This document shows positions 7,639-16,318 of a stretch of DNA of 24,967 nucleotides, piece after piece. A program made the position numbers and the translations under genes. The stretch spans positions 1 through 24,967 of IMG/VR virus record IMGVR_UViG_3300045457_000062; one strand, given 5' to 3'. Position 1 is the first letter of the stretch; each line of letters begins with the position of its first letter. This DNA comes from a virus. Its lineage: Duplodnaviria > Caudoviricetes. The notes under the pieces were generated by a model, which saw only the letters and a list, made by a program, of their open reading frames with translations, did no database searches and was not told where the DNA came from.

Positions 7639-7744
7639 GTAGATACTCCAATAGACTAAAAATAGTGTAGGCAACAAATGTGCCTACAACAAACCAGAAC
7701 AACCAGTTGAGTGCTAGTTCACCTAGTGATTCATATTCATTCAT
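7622..7744 (-). CDS. Single-TM small membrane protein, 40 aa, absent from the ORF track
   Basis: MNEYESLGELALNWLFWFVVGTFVAYTIFSLLEYLRGRED; TAATG overlap with the upstream stop. Confidence 0.65.
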   Translation of the reverse strand: MNEYESLGELALNWLFWFVVGTFVAYTIFSLLEYLRGRED

Positions 7745-7977
7745 TATTTAGTTCTCTCTGAAATAGTTCTCTCGGCAAGGTCGATGAATCCTTGTCTTAG
7801 TTTTTCTTCTAAGATATCAGGTCCATCTCTCCTTAGCATATTACGAAGAAAGGTGCCATCTTTAACCATGACCCTCTCAAATAGTTCTCCTGTTTCATCA
7901 TTGATTAGATCGATATAAAACGGTCTTGGACCGATATACTTTTTCCATGAAGGTCTACGTCTTGCTTTCTTGCTCAT
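7744..7977 (-). CDS. Hypothetical protein
   Basis: 77 aa, basic N-terminus, stop/start overlaps at both ends. Confidence 0.7.
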   Translation of the reverse strand: MSKKARRRPSWKKYIGPRPFYIDLINDETGELFERVMVKDGTFLRNMLRRDGPDILEEKLRQGFIDLAERTISERTK

Positions 7978-8384
7978 TATCGTGCTACCTTATTCAAGTA
8001 TTTAAGATCATCAGACTCGGATAGAACCTGAAGACCACCTTTGTTATAGAGCGGCATCACCCGCTTGGCCTTGTCAAGAATGGCCTTACGAGTTTCTTCG
8101 TTTTCTTTATGTAGATTAGCCATCATAGACCGATTGGCCGTGGCGTTAGCAGGTGCATTACACACCTCTTGAATAGACTTTTCATGATGCTTGGTAGAAC
8201 GATCAACCTGCAAGGAGTCTTTATACTCGGACTTCCAGGAAGTGTTCTTGGTTTTCTTTGCTTTGATTTGCTTGGGTGTAAGACCCATGGACTCAAGCCA
8301 CTTGATATGTTCGGCAGTATTAGTCTTTTTAGGCTTGCGTTTACGAAGATTGGTGGTAGTATAATAGACGGGTAAAAGAGCCAT
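7977..8384 (-). CDS. Conserved basic T4-like hypothetical protein
   Basis: GGAGG RBS, first gene after a consensus promoter. C-terminal PLYNKGGLQV motif recalls a family of T4-like hypothetical proteins. Confidence 0.75.
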   Translation of the reverse strand: MALLPVYYTTTNLRKRKPKKTNTAEHIKWLESMGLTPKQIKAKKTKNTSWKSEYKDSLQVDRSTKHHEKSIQEVCNAPANATANRSMMANLHKENEETRKAILDKAKRVMPLYNKGGLQVLSESDDLKYLNKVAR

Positions 8385-8405
8385 GACACCTCCGATATTT
8401 CAAGC

Positions 8406-8434
8406 ATTATAGCAAAAACCGAAGGTATTGTCAA
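8406..8434 (-). promoter_or_regulatory. Consensus sigma70 (early) promoter
   Basis: TTGACA (8434-8429), 17-bp spacer ending in TGC, TATAAT (8411-8406). Confidence 0.88.
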
Positions 8435-8441
8435 TAGGAGT

Positions 8442-8464
8442 GGGTGCGACAAAGTGTCGCACCC
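8442..8464. repeat. Perfect inverted repeat, operator-like or hairpin
   Basis: GGGTGCGACA-AAG-TGTCGCACCC, 7 bp upstream of the -35 box; no U-tract on either side. Confidence 0.8.
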
Positions 8465-8473
8465 CGTTGACAT

Positions 8474-8710
8474 TTATTCTATCTCTTCCCATTCTGGCAT
8501 CATTACCCTTGCACCGCCTGCACGAACAGTTGATTGCCATCCTTGTGTAGCACCTTCACTTGTGTTTGGTTGCCAAGAATATGTTGGTGATGTTTGTGGT
8601 GCGTTAGGTGTTGCTCTTGTCAATGAATGATTGTCCGTTGTCATTGCTAGTTGAGCATTAGTAACCGTGGGGAATACCACCATTGAGATTATCATCAAAT
8701 ATTTCGTCAT
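8474..8710 (-). CDS. Small exported protein
   Basis: Signal peptide MTKYLMIISMVVFPTVTNA; Thr/Pro/Gln-rich mature region. Confidence 0.7.
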   Translation of the reverse strand: MTKYLMIISMVVFPTVTNAQLAMTTDNHSLTRATPNAPQTSPTYSWQPNTSEGATQGWQSTVRAGGARVMMPEWEEIE

Positions 8711-8856
8711 ACATACTTTTTCCTCATTCTTCTATTGGTCATTCTGATATGCCTAGACCATGTGCTACAAAGAAACTCATCATATGGTCTTAGCCATTTG
8801 TATCTACTGCATCGACGACAAACAATGATACTATCTTGATGAATACTAATCCACAT
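8707..8856 (-). CDS. Small basic hypothetical protein, 49 aa, absent from the ORF track
   Basis: MWISIHQDSIIVCRRCSRYKWLRPYDEFLCSTWSRHIRMTNRRMRKKYV; fills the gap and its stop overlaps the next ATG. Confidence 0.45.
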   Translation of the reverse strand: MWISIHQDSIIVCRRCSRYKWLRPYDEFLCSTWSRHIRMTNRRMRKKYV

Positions 8857-9049
8857 CCTTCACTCTTCTCGTATATACTTCTGGTGGAATCTTCTGTGAT
8901 ACTACTTTCCACACACCTGTTACATTCTTTTCTGTTTCTACATAGTCAGCAACCTGATCCATGGAGGGAAACGAAATAGCAAACTCATTTCCATTCTTCT
9001 TGGAATGGACAACATACTTACAAACATCTTCTTTGTAATCAAAAATCAA
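8846..9049 (-). CDS. Hypothetical protein
   Basis: TTG start and GGGAG RBS both lie inside the 34-bp repeat copy. Confidence 0.7.
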   Translation of the reverse strand: MIFDYKEDVCKYVVHSKKNGNEFAISFPSMDQVADYVETEKNVTGVWKVVSQKIPPEVYTRRVKDVD

Positions 9050-9078
9050 AACTGCGCTCCCATCATAGTATCAGAACC
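9045..9078. repeat. 34-bp direct repeat, copy 1 (duplicate of the acyl-CoA dehydrogenase 3' end)
   Basis: atcaaaactgcgctcccatcatagtatcagaacc; 32/34 identical to 9374-9407. Confidence 0.92.
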
Positions 9079-9220
9079 CAACAGGGCGACGATTATGCAC
9101 ATCTTGTAATAAATAATGATACCAATCCGCACCCCAAATCAAACGCTGACGAAACTTACCGTAACGCCAATACTTGCGTTTTACTTCTTTACTACCGTTC
9201 CAATGGAATCGTTTCATCAT
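9071..9220 (-). CDS. Small basic, aromatic-rich protein, 49 aa, absent from the ORF track
   Basis: MMKRFHWNGSKEVKRKYWRYGKFRQRLIWGADWYHYLLQDVHNRRPVGF; GAGG RBS, ATGA overlap. Confidence 0.6.
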   Translation of the reverse strand: MMKRFHWNGSKEVKRKYWRYGKFRQRLIWGADWYHYLLQDVHNRRPVGF

Positions 9221-9378
9221 TTATTCCTCTTTTTTACAATTTCATCAACTTTTTCTTTTGATAGTAGTTCAAGTATTTTTGATTCTTTGTTTATTCTTAC
9301 CCATTGTCCATTTTCACAACAAACAATCGCTTCCATTTCATCATCTGTTACATAACAGGTATCGGTAAGTTTTATCAA
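9217..9378 (-). CDS. Hypothetical protein, 53 aa, absent from the ORF track
   Basis: TTG start overlaps the acyl-CoA dehydrogenase stop. MIKLTDTCYVTDDEMEAIVCCENGQWVRINKESKILELLSKEKVDEIVKKRNK. Confidence 0.65.
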   Translation of the reverse strand: MIKLTDTCYVTDDEMEAIVCCENGQWVRINKESKILELLSKEKVDEIVKKRNK

Positions 9379-9407
9379 AACTCCGCTCCCATCATAGTGT
9401 CAGAACC
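9374..9407. repeat. 34-bp direct repeat, copy 2
   Basis: atcaaaactccgctcccatcatagtgtcagaacc; encodes GSDTMMGAEF-stop on the minus strand. Confidence 0.92.
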
Positions 9408-11087
9408 TTCTCTAATACGCTGCAACAGAAAACTTGTCTCCGGTAGAATACGCTGCATGAAGTATGTGGCATTGTCATGGCGAGTCTTATCATTCGTCTT
9501 TAGACAAATCTTGATGTGTGCCATACCAAGCATAACAAGTCCCATCATCTTCATATAGTCGTAAGAAGCAGAACCAGCATTGTTTGGATTCTTGATAGCA
9601 TTATGCATCAACCATTCCGTTGCTTGCTTTAGTTCATTCAATGATCTTGTCATTGGTTGCACGATTGGATTGATATCCTTATCATATGCATTAGTCAAGA
9701 AACTTTCACTATCCTTGAAGAACTTGGTAATAGCACGACCCATGTTCTTAGGCAACTTACGACCAACAAGGTCAAGTGCCTGGATACCATTGGCACCTTC
9801 ATAGATCATAGCAATACGAGCATCACGGACAATCTGCTCCATGCCATTGTCACGAACATATCCATGACCACCCCATACCTGTTGCATCTTGATAGCATTC
9901 TCAACACCATAATCAGTGATAACGCCTTTGAGAACTGGAGTCATTAGACCAAGACGATCTTCTGCATCTTCCTTCTGTCTATTAATATCTGCTTCTACTG
10001 CCATGTCTGTTGTAGAACCATCAGCATTTACAACATCAACCAATGTTGCTGCTTCCAGTATTAATAACCTAGCAGCCTCGTTGATAGACCTAACATCAAG
10101 GAGCATACGGCGAACGTCAGGATGATCCACAATAGATACAGTACCAGAATCACGAGAAACCAGAGAATAACCTTGCTTACGCTCTTTAGCATATTGCACT
10201 CCATTTTGATAAGCCAACTCCGATTGTGATAGACCGTGAATAGCACAACCTAACCTTAATTCGTTCATCATAACAAACATACCTTGAAGACCCTTACAGC
10301 GTTCTCCAATAAGAAAACCTGTAGCACCATCAAAGTTCATAACACAAGTTGGTGAACCATGAATACCCATCTTTTCTTCAATAGCACCAGCAGATACATT
10401 GTTGTGTGATAGATTAACCAAAAACTTAGGCACAGCAAATAGACTGATACCCTTGACGCCTTCTGGATCACCTTCAACTCTTGCTAGAACAAGATGAAGA
10501 ATGTTCTTTGTTAGATCATGATCACCACCAGAGATAAAAATTTTCTGACCTGTGATTTCAAATGAACCATTGTGCTTGTCTACTGCTTTAGTCTTTAGCA
10601 AACCAAGATCAGTGCCGCAATGCGGTTCTGTTAAACACATTGTTCCTGTCCATTCACCACGAACCATTGGAGGAATGAAATGTTCTTTCTGTGGTGCTGA
10701 ACCAGACACTAGCAGGGTCTTGATAGCTCCACGAGTAATGCCAGGATATAGAGACCAAGCCATATTAGAAGAGGATACAAACTCGTTGAACGCCACCGCA
10801 AGTGTAAACGGCATACCCTGTCCGCCATAGGTTTCAGGAACTGATAAACCAAGCCATCCTCCTTCTGTGAACTGCTTCCAAGGTTCATGAAAACAAAATG
10901 GAACTTCAACATCGCCAGTTGAAAGTCTCCTTGCTCCGATTTCATCCCCTTTCTGATTAGTAGGTGCAATAACATCCTCACATAGTTTTGCTGCTTCTGT
11001 TAAGATTGCCTCAGTATTCTCATTATTGAAACCTAGAACATCACGGAGAAGAAATAGTGTTGATGCTAATGGTGCTGTATATTTCAT
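9375..11087 (-). CDS. Acyl-CoA dehydrogenase (long DmdC/FadE5-like type), host-derived
   Basis: GTMCLTEPHCGTDL, GQKIFISGGDHDL, EEKMGIHGSPTC, QVWGGHGY, IYEGANGIQALDL (catalytic Glu present). Confidence 0.95.
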   Translation of the reverse strand: MKYTAPLASTLFLLRDVLGFNNENTEAILTEAAKLCEDVIAPTNQKGDEIGARRLSTGDVEVPFCFHEPWKQFTEGGWLGLSVPETYGGQGMPFTLAVAFNEFVSSSNMAWSLYPGITRGAIKTLLVSGSAPQKEHFIPPMVRGEWTGTMCLTEPHCGTDLGLLKTKAVDKHNGSFEITGQKIFISGGDHDLTKNILHLVLARVEGDPEGVKGISLFAVPKFLVNLSHNNVSAGAIEEKMGIHGSPTCVMNFDGATGFLIGERCKGLQGMFVMMNELRLGCAIHGLSQSELAYQNGVQYAKERKQGYSLVSRDSGTVSIVDHPDVRRMLLDVRSINEAARLLILEAATLVDVVNADGSTTDMAVEADINRQKEDAEDRLGLMTPVLKGVITDYGVENAIKMQQVWGGHGYVRDNGMEQIVRDARIAMIYEGANGIQALDLVGRKLPKNMGRAITKFFKDSESFLTNAYDKDINPIVQPMTRSLNELKQATEWLMHNAIKNPNNAGSASYDYMKMMGLVMLGMAHIKICLKTNDKTRHDNATYFMQRILPETSFLLQRIREGSDTMMGAEF

Positions 11088-11302
11088 GATAGCCCCTGTA
11101 AGTCGTTCATCATTTCTTTATGAATTTCTTTTGCTTTTTCTATTTTAGCAGCAAGATACTCCTGCTCCTCTTTCTCTAAGTCTTCCATGTATTTCTTATA
11201 CCGTAGCGAAACATTGTGTTCAAACAACTTATCGTGTGAGTAATGAACCGCATGTGAAATGTCGGCATTGATGTAGTGTTTTAGTTTTTCCCATTTGTCC
11301 AT
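11084..11302 (-). CDS. Hypothetical protein
   Basis: 72 aa, helical and charged; coupled to neighbouring genes. Confidence 0.7.
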   Translation of the reverse strand: MDKWEKLKHYINADISHAVHYSHDKLFEHNVSLRYKKYMEDLEKEEQEYLAAKIEKAKEIHKEMMNDLQGLS

Positions 11303-11303
11303 G

Positions 11304-11621
11304 TTACACCATATACTTTACTGCATAACCTTTATTCAAAAGGTCTTCGTTAATGTTTTCACCATCGAGGATGATGGTGGCTAGATATCGACCATATTTT
11401 TCTTGTCGATCTTTTACTGTTTTGATTGTTACAGTCTTATTATATAATCGAGAGAATAGATAATCCCTTGTAGTCTTACCTGCTTCTTCTTTTAGTTCTG
11501 GTGCATTGAGTCCATACAATCTAAGTTTTATTTCAATTGAGATATGAAATCCAAGATCGACTAAAACATCTACGGTATCACCATCAACAATTCTCACAAC
11601 TTTTGCTATATATTCATACAT
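11304..11621 (-). CDS. Thermonuclease (SNase-like), no signal peptide
   Basis: VDGDT, RLYGLNAPE, KYGRYLA and INEDLL.KGYA motifs. Confidence 0.9.
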   Translation of the reverse strand: MYEYIAKVVRIVDGDTVDVLVDLGFHISIEIKLRLYGLNAPELKEEAGKTTRDYLFSRLYNKTVTIKTVKDRQEKYGRYLATIILDGENINEDLLNKGYAVKYMV

Positions 11622-12561
11622 CTTTCATACTTTCTATAATATCTTCCAGTGAATATTGTGGTTGGAAATCCAATAGTTCTTTTATCTTTGTAGTATCGGC
11701 CACAAGATAGGAAACATCACCAGGTCTCCTTTCCTCATATCTAACATTCATCTTGCCATTATGAATGATTTCGTTCACTTTGTCAACAACTTCTTTTACG
11801 GAATATCCTTTACCACTTCCTATATTTAGAAGGAGACTTTCATTCTTTTCTTCCATATATCTATACGCTAGTGTATGAGCCCGGCAAACATCCCTAACAT
11901 CAATAAAGTCTCTGACACATGTTCCGTCTTTTGTCCAATAATCTGTTCCGTAGATTACAGGATCTTCTCCTCTGACAAGCAAAGGAATCAAATGTGTTTC
12001 AGGATCATGTTCCTCGTATAGATTTGCTCTTCGATTTCTACCAGCAACATTAAAGTACCGAAGAATGGCACAGTTCATTTCTTTTTCATCTAGTAGAACA
12101 TTCTCAATCATGGCTTTACTCTTACCATATACAGAATAAGGATTGATCGGACATGTCTCAAATAGATGACCAAACGTTGAACTCTCTGACTTACCATATA
12201 CAGCAGCCGTAGATGAAAAGATAAAGTTCTTTATGCCATATTGCTTTGCTTCTTTCATCATACGAAGCGTGCCTGTCACATTGTTAAAGTAATACTTCCA
12301 TGGATCTGACTCACCTTCTTCAACAGATATCTCAGCAGCAAAATGAAAAACGGCATCAATGTGCCGTTTCTTTCCATTTGATAGAACGATAGGATCAAGA
12401 GCCAAGTCTACCTGAATGAACTCGTCATACAAATGCTTGAGATGCTTCTTTTGAACTCTATCGATACCTATAATGTGACAGTCATTATATAATGCACCAA
12501 GTTCATGGCACATATGACTGCCAATATATCCATTACAACCTGTTACAACAAATGTTCTCAT
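11614..12561 (-). CDS. galE: UDP-glucose 4-epimerase (GalE-like)
   Basis: TGCNGYIGSH, HFAA, FSSTAAVYG, YGKSK, LRYFNVAG, E.H.PETHLIP, DGTCVRDFIDV, RRPGD. Start re-assigned to ATG 12561 (ATGA overlap). Confidence 0.88.
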   Translation of the reverse strand: MRTFVVTGCNGYIGSHMCHELGALYNDCHIIGIDRVQKKHLKHLYDEFIQVDLALDPIVLSNGKKRHIDAVFHFAAEISVEEGESDPWKYYFNNVTGTLRMMKEAKQYGIKNFIFSSTAAVYGKSESSTFGHLFETCPINPYSVYGKSKAMIENVLLDEKEMNCAILRYFNVAGRNRRANLYEEHDPETHLIPLLVRGEDPVIYGTDYWTKDGTCVRDFIDVRDVCRAHTLAYRYMEEKNESLLLNIGSGKGYSVKEVVDKVNEIIHNGKMNVRYEERRPGDVSYLVADTTKIKELLDFQPQYSLEDIIESMKDV

Positions 12562-13118
12562 TTTATAGCATTCACCTTTAATACGGCCCAACGAGCAGGC
12601 GCAGGATTACGATCATCTTCTACTCTATAAACTCTGGTGAAACCACATTCATAGAGTAGTTTGGTCAAAGACTCTTCACAAAATCCATTGATATGTCCCA
12701 TACCAGGAATCTTGTGTTCGTCAGGATGACGCCAACCACCAAACAAATAGTCCATGGCATTCTCAAATGGATCAGGATGCATACGAAGCCAAGACACATT
12801 GGCCTTTTCATCCCAATCTTTATGAACGATGCGTTCCATAATCCATAGAACATCGGGACAAGTAATTTCTAGTGTAGCACCCGTCTTCATAATGCGCTTG
12901 ATTTCTTTTAGAACCTTAGGTGCATCAAACTTTGTTAGATGTTCAATCACATCACCAAAATAAACTTTGTCGGCAAAGTCTGCTTCAAAAGGATATGGCA
13001 CATGTCTAAGATCGTGAACGTGAGTTACACCTGCCCACTGGTGCAAATCCATCTTGTATGTTGCATCGGGCTTAGGATGTGGGCCAGAACCAATATCAAT
13101 AATCACTGGCTTATTCAT
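12558..13118 (-). CDS. Class I SAM-dependent methyltransferase (Methyltransf_11-like)
   Basis: DIGSG motif I, HDL, VIEHL, RIMKTGA.L.ITCPD; GGAGG RBS before ATG 13118. Confidence 0.82.
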   Translation of the reverse strand: MNKPVIIDIGSGPHPKPDATYKMDLHQWAGVTHVHDLRHVPYPFEADFADKVYFGDVIEHLTKFDAPKVLKEIKRIMKTGATLEITCPDVLWIMERIVHKDWDEKANVSWLRMHPDPFENAMDYLFGGWRHPDEHKIPGMGHINGFCEESLTKLLYECGFTRVYRVEDDRNPAPARWAVLKVNAIK

Positions 13119-14107
13119 TTCACCTCCACAACATGCTTGAGACACATACGAATTGAATCATCAACTTTCATCTTTGCTTCCCATCCAAGGTCTCTCTTGG
13201 CCTTCTCACAATCAGGAATACGAACACGAACATCGTTCTCATAATCACCTATTGATTCATATAGTAGGAAGTAATCTTCTAGAAGCATAAATTCTTTTGC
13301 TGCAATGTCTTTAATCTTCTCAGCAAGAACACGCATAGAGATTGGTTCTGGATTACCTAGATTGTAAGTCTCATTATCTGTCTTTTCAGAGAATGAATAG
13401 TCAGCAATGGCAGCAGCAACCTCATCAATCCATGTAAAGCACCGAATCTGATAACCATCACCAAGAATAGGCAGAGGCTTCTTCTTATCAACCACAATAT
13501 TCTTGATATAGTCAGCAAAGACATGTGAGATGCCAACTTCTTCTGACTCGCTTCTTTCATATGGTGTAATGATGTTGAATGGACGCCAGATGGTATACTT
13601 TAGACCATGCTGCTTTAGATATGCTTTTGACACTCTTTCACCAACAAACTTTGATAGACCATAGTCTGTATAAGGAGCAGGATTGCTGTCAACAATATCC
13701 TCTGGAACAGGATAAGCGATGTCTTGTGGACAGTTCTCATATACCATAGAAGATGAAATATAAACTACCTTTTTCACTTCATGAGCAACAGCAGCACGAA
13801 GGACGTTATCGTGTAGTGTAATATCCTTATACATCTCACCACAATACTTGTTGAATCCGCCTACACCATAGATGGTAGCAGCAGCCTGAATAATATAGTC
13901 AGGCTTCACTTGCTCTACCAACTTATCAACATTTAATCGGTCTGTAAGATCACACTTGATAAATGTATAATCTGTGCCGGCATGTCCTAGACGTTCACCA
14001 TATCGTGCTAGATTGTCTACACCATAGACAACATGTCCTTTGTTTAATAGTAGCGGAATGACCGCCTGCATTAGTGAACCTTCACTACCTGTAACCAAAA
14101 TCCTCAT
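13115..14107 (-). CDS. NAD-dependent nucleotide-sugar epimerase/dehydratase (extended SDR)
   Basis: ILVTGSEGSL, SSSMVY, YGLSK, RPFN, GDGYQIRCFTW. Confidence 0.88.
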   Translation of the reverse strand: MRILVTGSEGSLMQAVIPLLLNKGHVVYGVDNLARYGERLGHAGTDYTFIKCDLTDRLNVDKLVEQVKPDYIIQAAATIYGVGGFNKYCGEMYKDITLHDNVLRAAVAHEVKKVVYISSSMVYENCPQDIAYPVPEDIVDSNPAPYTDYGLSKFVGERVSKAYLKQHGLKYTIWRPFNIITPYERSESEEVGISHVFADYIKNIVVDKKKPLPILGDGYQIRCFTWIDEVAAAIADYSFSEKTDNETYNLGNPEPISMRVLAEKIKDIAAKEFMLLEDYFLLYESIGDYENDVRVRIPDCEKAKRDLGWEAKMKVDDSIRMCLKHVVEVK

Positions 14108-15369
14108 CGTATATCTCCAACTCTATAAATGCCTGAATTACTTAGTTTACTTTCTGGATACATCTTCCAGATATCTGCCATAATACAATCATCATTAAAA
14201 TCATTTAGTGGCCATTTCTTTTCTGTGCCTGTATGTGGTGTCATTACAATAACAGCATCAAAATGTTCTCTGTATGGAAAACCTTTGTCCTTTGGCCACG
14301 GAACATAGTCATCCCACATATACACCTCGGCTCCATTCTTTCTACATACCTTCTTCATCTTATATGATAGACTGTTTCTTGTATCGTCGCAGTCCTTCTT
14401 GAAGGTCGCACCAAGAATCAAAACACATCTTATCTTAGGATTCATCTCCTTGATACGATTGAAGATGTAGTCTGGCATACCTTCATTGATATGAAACGAA
14501 GTCTGAATAAGATCGGCAAACGGAATGTCTGATAGAAGAAATCGACCGTCTTTGAATAGACATGGGCCGCCGACATTCGGACCTGGTAAAGGAATAGCAT
14601 TTCTTTCATAACCAAGATTTGCTGCCTTGATGACATTATGCATATCTACACCTTGCTTTTCACCAATCATCCAAAACTCATTGGCAAGAGCAAAGGTAAC
14701 ATACCTATACATATTCGTCATGAGTTTGGCAATCTCTGCCTCTCTTGCTTTTAGACGAATGATTTCAGCCTTGACGAATGTTTGTAAAAAGTCTCTAGCC
14801 TTATAAAAAGACATTATAGAACAGGCACCAACTAGTGCTGGTAGAGTGGCAGTCTCTTCAATACCTTTTGTCTGTAGAACTCTTTCAGGAACAAACGTCA
14901 GATAAAAATCTACACCTTCTACCCATTTAGTCTTTTCTTCAATACGATCACGAAGAATTTCTGTTGTGCCCGGTGATACTGTTGATCTTAGCATCACCAA
15001 AGTATCTTTCTTCATATAAGGTATAAGAGTGTTATCAACAAAGTTGAACAAATCATCTAGTCGTGGATTGTTTTCTTCATCAACAGGTGTGCCAAGCATA
15101 ATGCATACAATATCACTTTCTTTGATGAAAGATGGATTGGTTGTGAAAAATATGTTTTCAGTCTTCAAATGCTTTGCTAAAAGTTCTGCGGCACCATGTT
15201 CAACATAAGGAACATTACCTTCTTCTAACTCAAGAATAAGTTCTTCATTCAAATCTACACCACAAACTTTATGTCCTGCATCCGCAACGACAAGAGAAAA
15301 CGGAAGGCCAACGTGACCTCCCGCTCCAATAACTGTAACTTTTTTAGGGGTTGAATCCGCAGTATTCAT
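14104..15369 (-). CDS. UDP-glucose/GDP-mannose dehydrogenase family (WecC-like)
   Basis: IGAGGHVGLP, GTP, RSTVSPGTT, PERV, AEIAKL..N, catalytic GGPCL.KD, GATFK...DDTRNS. Confidence 0.92.
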   Translation of the reverse strand: MNTADSTPKKVTVIGAGGHVGLPFSLVVADAGHKVCGVDLNEELILELEEGNVPYVEHGAAELLAKHLKTENIFFTTNPSFIKESDIVCIMLGTPVDEENNPRLDDLFNFVDNTLIPYMKKDTLVMLRSTVSPGTTEILRDRIEEKTKWVEGVDFYLTFVPERVLQTKGIEETATLPALVGACSIMSFYKARDFLQTFVKAEIIRLKAREAEIAKLMTNMYRYVTFALANEFWMIGEKQGVDMHNVIKAANLGYERNAIPLPGPNVGGPCLFKDGRFLLSDIPFADLIQTSFHINEGMPDYIFNRIKEMNPKIRCVLILGATFKKDCDDTRNSLSYKMKKVCRKNGAEVYMWDDYVPWPKDKGFPYREHFDAVIVMTPHTGTEKKWPLNDFNDDCIMADIWKMYPESKLSNSGIYRVGDIR

Positions 15370-16318
15370 AACTCTGTGTCTCCAATAATATATCTTCAAT
15401 GTCATTAGCCGTTTGTTCTACGGTATGATTCGCCATAACATAGTTGTAAGCACGGGTAATCTTTTCTTCGTCACGTTTATAGTTCCTGAGCAATTTCATT
15501 AGTTCCGCTTCATCATTATAAACATTGCCATGATAGCACAAATCATGAGCGGCTGCAATATCTCTTGCGAACCAAGGTGTTTTATTCATCATTGCTTCCA
15601 AAAGAACAAGACCATATCCTTCCTCATATGAGTTCATAATATAGGCATCAGCATTTGCCATTGCCTGCATTACCTCAGATTTAGGAAGTCCGTAAAATAC
15701 TTTTACCTTTTTAGATTGTGGTGGGGCTAAATGTTCTTCACCGTATCCGTAAAGATGTAACTCAGCATTAGGAATGTTTGCACTTTCAAATGCCTGTGCA
15801 AGAGGAGTCATTGCTTTATGTGGATAGAAACCACCGGCAGAAACATAAATTGTTTTATTAGTGGTCTTGTTTGCTGTTGCAATGGTTTCTTGTGGTATCA
15901 ATCCGTATCTAATACGTCTAGCCTTTTTCAACAATCTATACTTATGTATATGCTGCAAATCCATAGTTGTAGCATAAGAAACAAAACGATGATGATTCAT
16001 ACCAAAAACAGAAAGATAAGAGTCGCTAGGTTTAATAATCATATGAACAACCGGCGATCTTAGTCTTTGTGCATTTTCATGGACAACGTTTTGTGTGGAA
16101 CAATCTGCACCATGAACAAGTATCAAATCCCAATCTCTTGGCAGCCACTTATATTCTGTAGCAACCTTCACACCATTGATATCACCCTTTTGTATATCGG
16201 CGAGAACATGAACATCATGACCACGGCGAACCAATTCTTCTGCCATGTTGCGAACATTATATTCGCTACCGCCCGGAAAAGGATAGTAGCGATGAACAGC
16301 AAATAAAATTTTAGACAT
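15344..16318 (-). CDS. GT4 family glycosyltransferase (GT-B)
   Basis: YYPFPGGSE, L.RRGHDVHV, EEGYGLVLLEAM (E-x7-E). Confidence 0.9.
   Translation of the reverse strand: MSKILFAVHRYYPFPGGSEYNVRNMAEELVRRGHDVHVLADIQKGDINGVKVATEYKWLPRDWDLILVHGADCSTQNVVHENAQRLRSPVVHMIIKPSDSYLSVFGMNHHRFVSYATTMDLQHIHKYRLLKKARRIRYGLIPQETIATANKTTNKTIYVSAGGFYPHKAMTPLAQAFESANIPNAELHLYGYGEEHLAPPQSKKVKVFYGLPKSEVMQAMANADAYIMNSYEEGYGLVLLEAMMNKTPWFARDIAAAHDLCYHGNVYNDEAELMKLLRNYKRDEEKITRAYNYVMANHTVEQTANDIEDILLETQSYEYCGFNP

Noticed and set aside
9045-9407. Direct repeats as a CRISPR mini-array or IS target-site duplication
   Set aside because: Only two copies, 295 bp apart, with coding sequence between them; no cas, transposase or terminal inverted repeats.
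9116-9558. Plus-strand ORFs 9116-9355, 9174-9368 and 9304-9558
   Set aside because: The region is better explained by two coupled minus-strand ORFs with RBSs and by the dehydrogenase 3' end.
11614-11655. GalE C-terminal SLEDII, and RegA N-terminal NLEDFV, as clamp-binding motifs
   Set aside because: LEDI is part of the normal GalE terminal helix and lacks the aromatic pair; the RegA match is N-terminal and within the fold.
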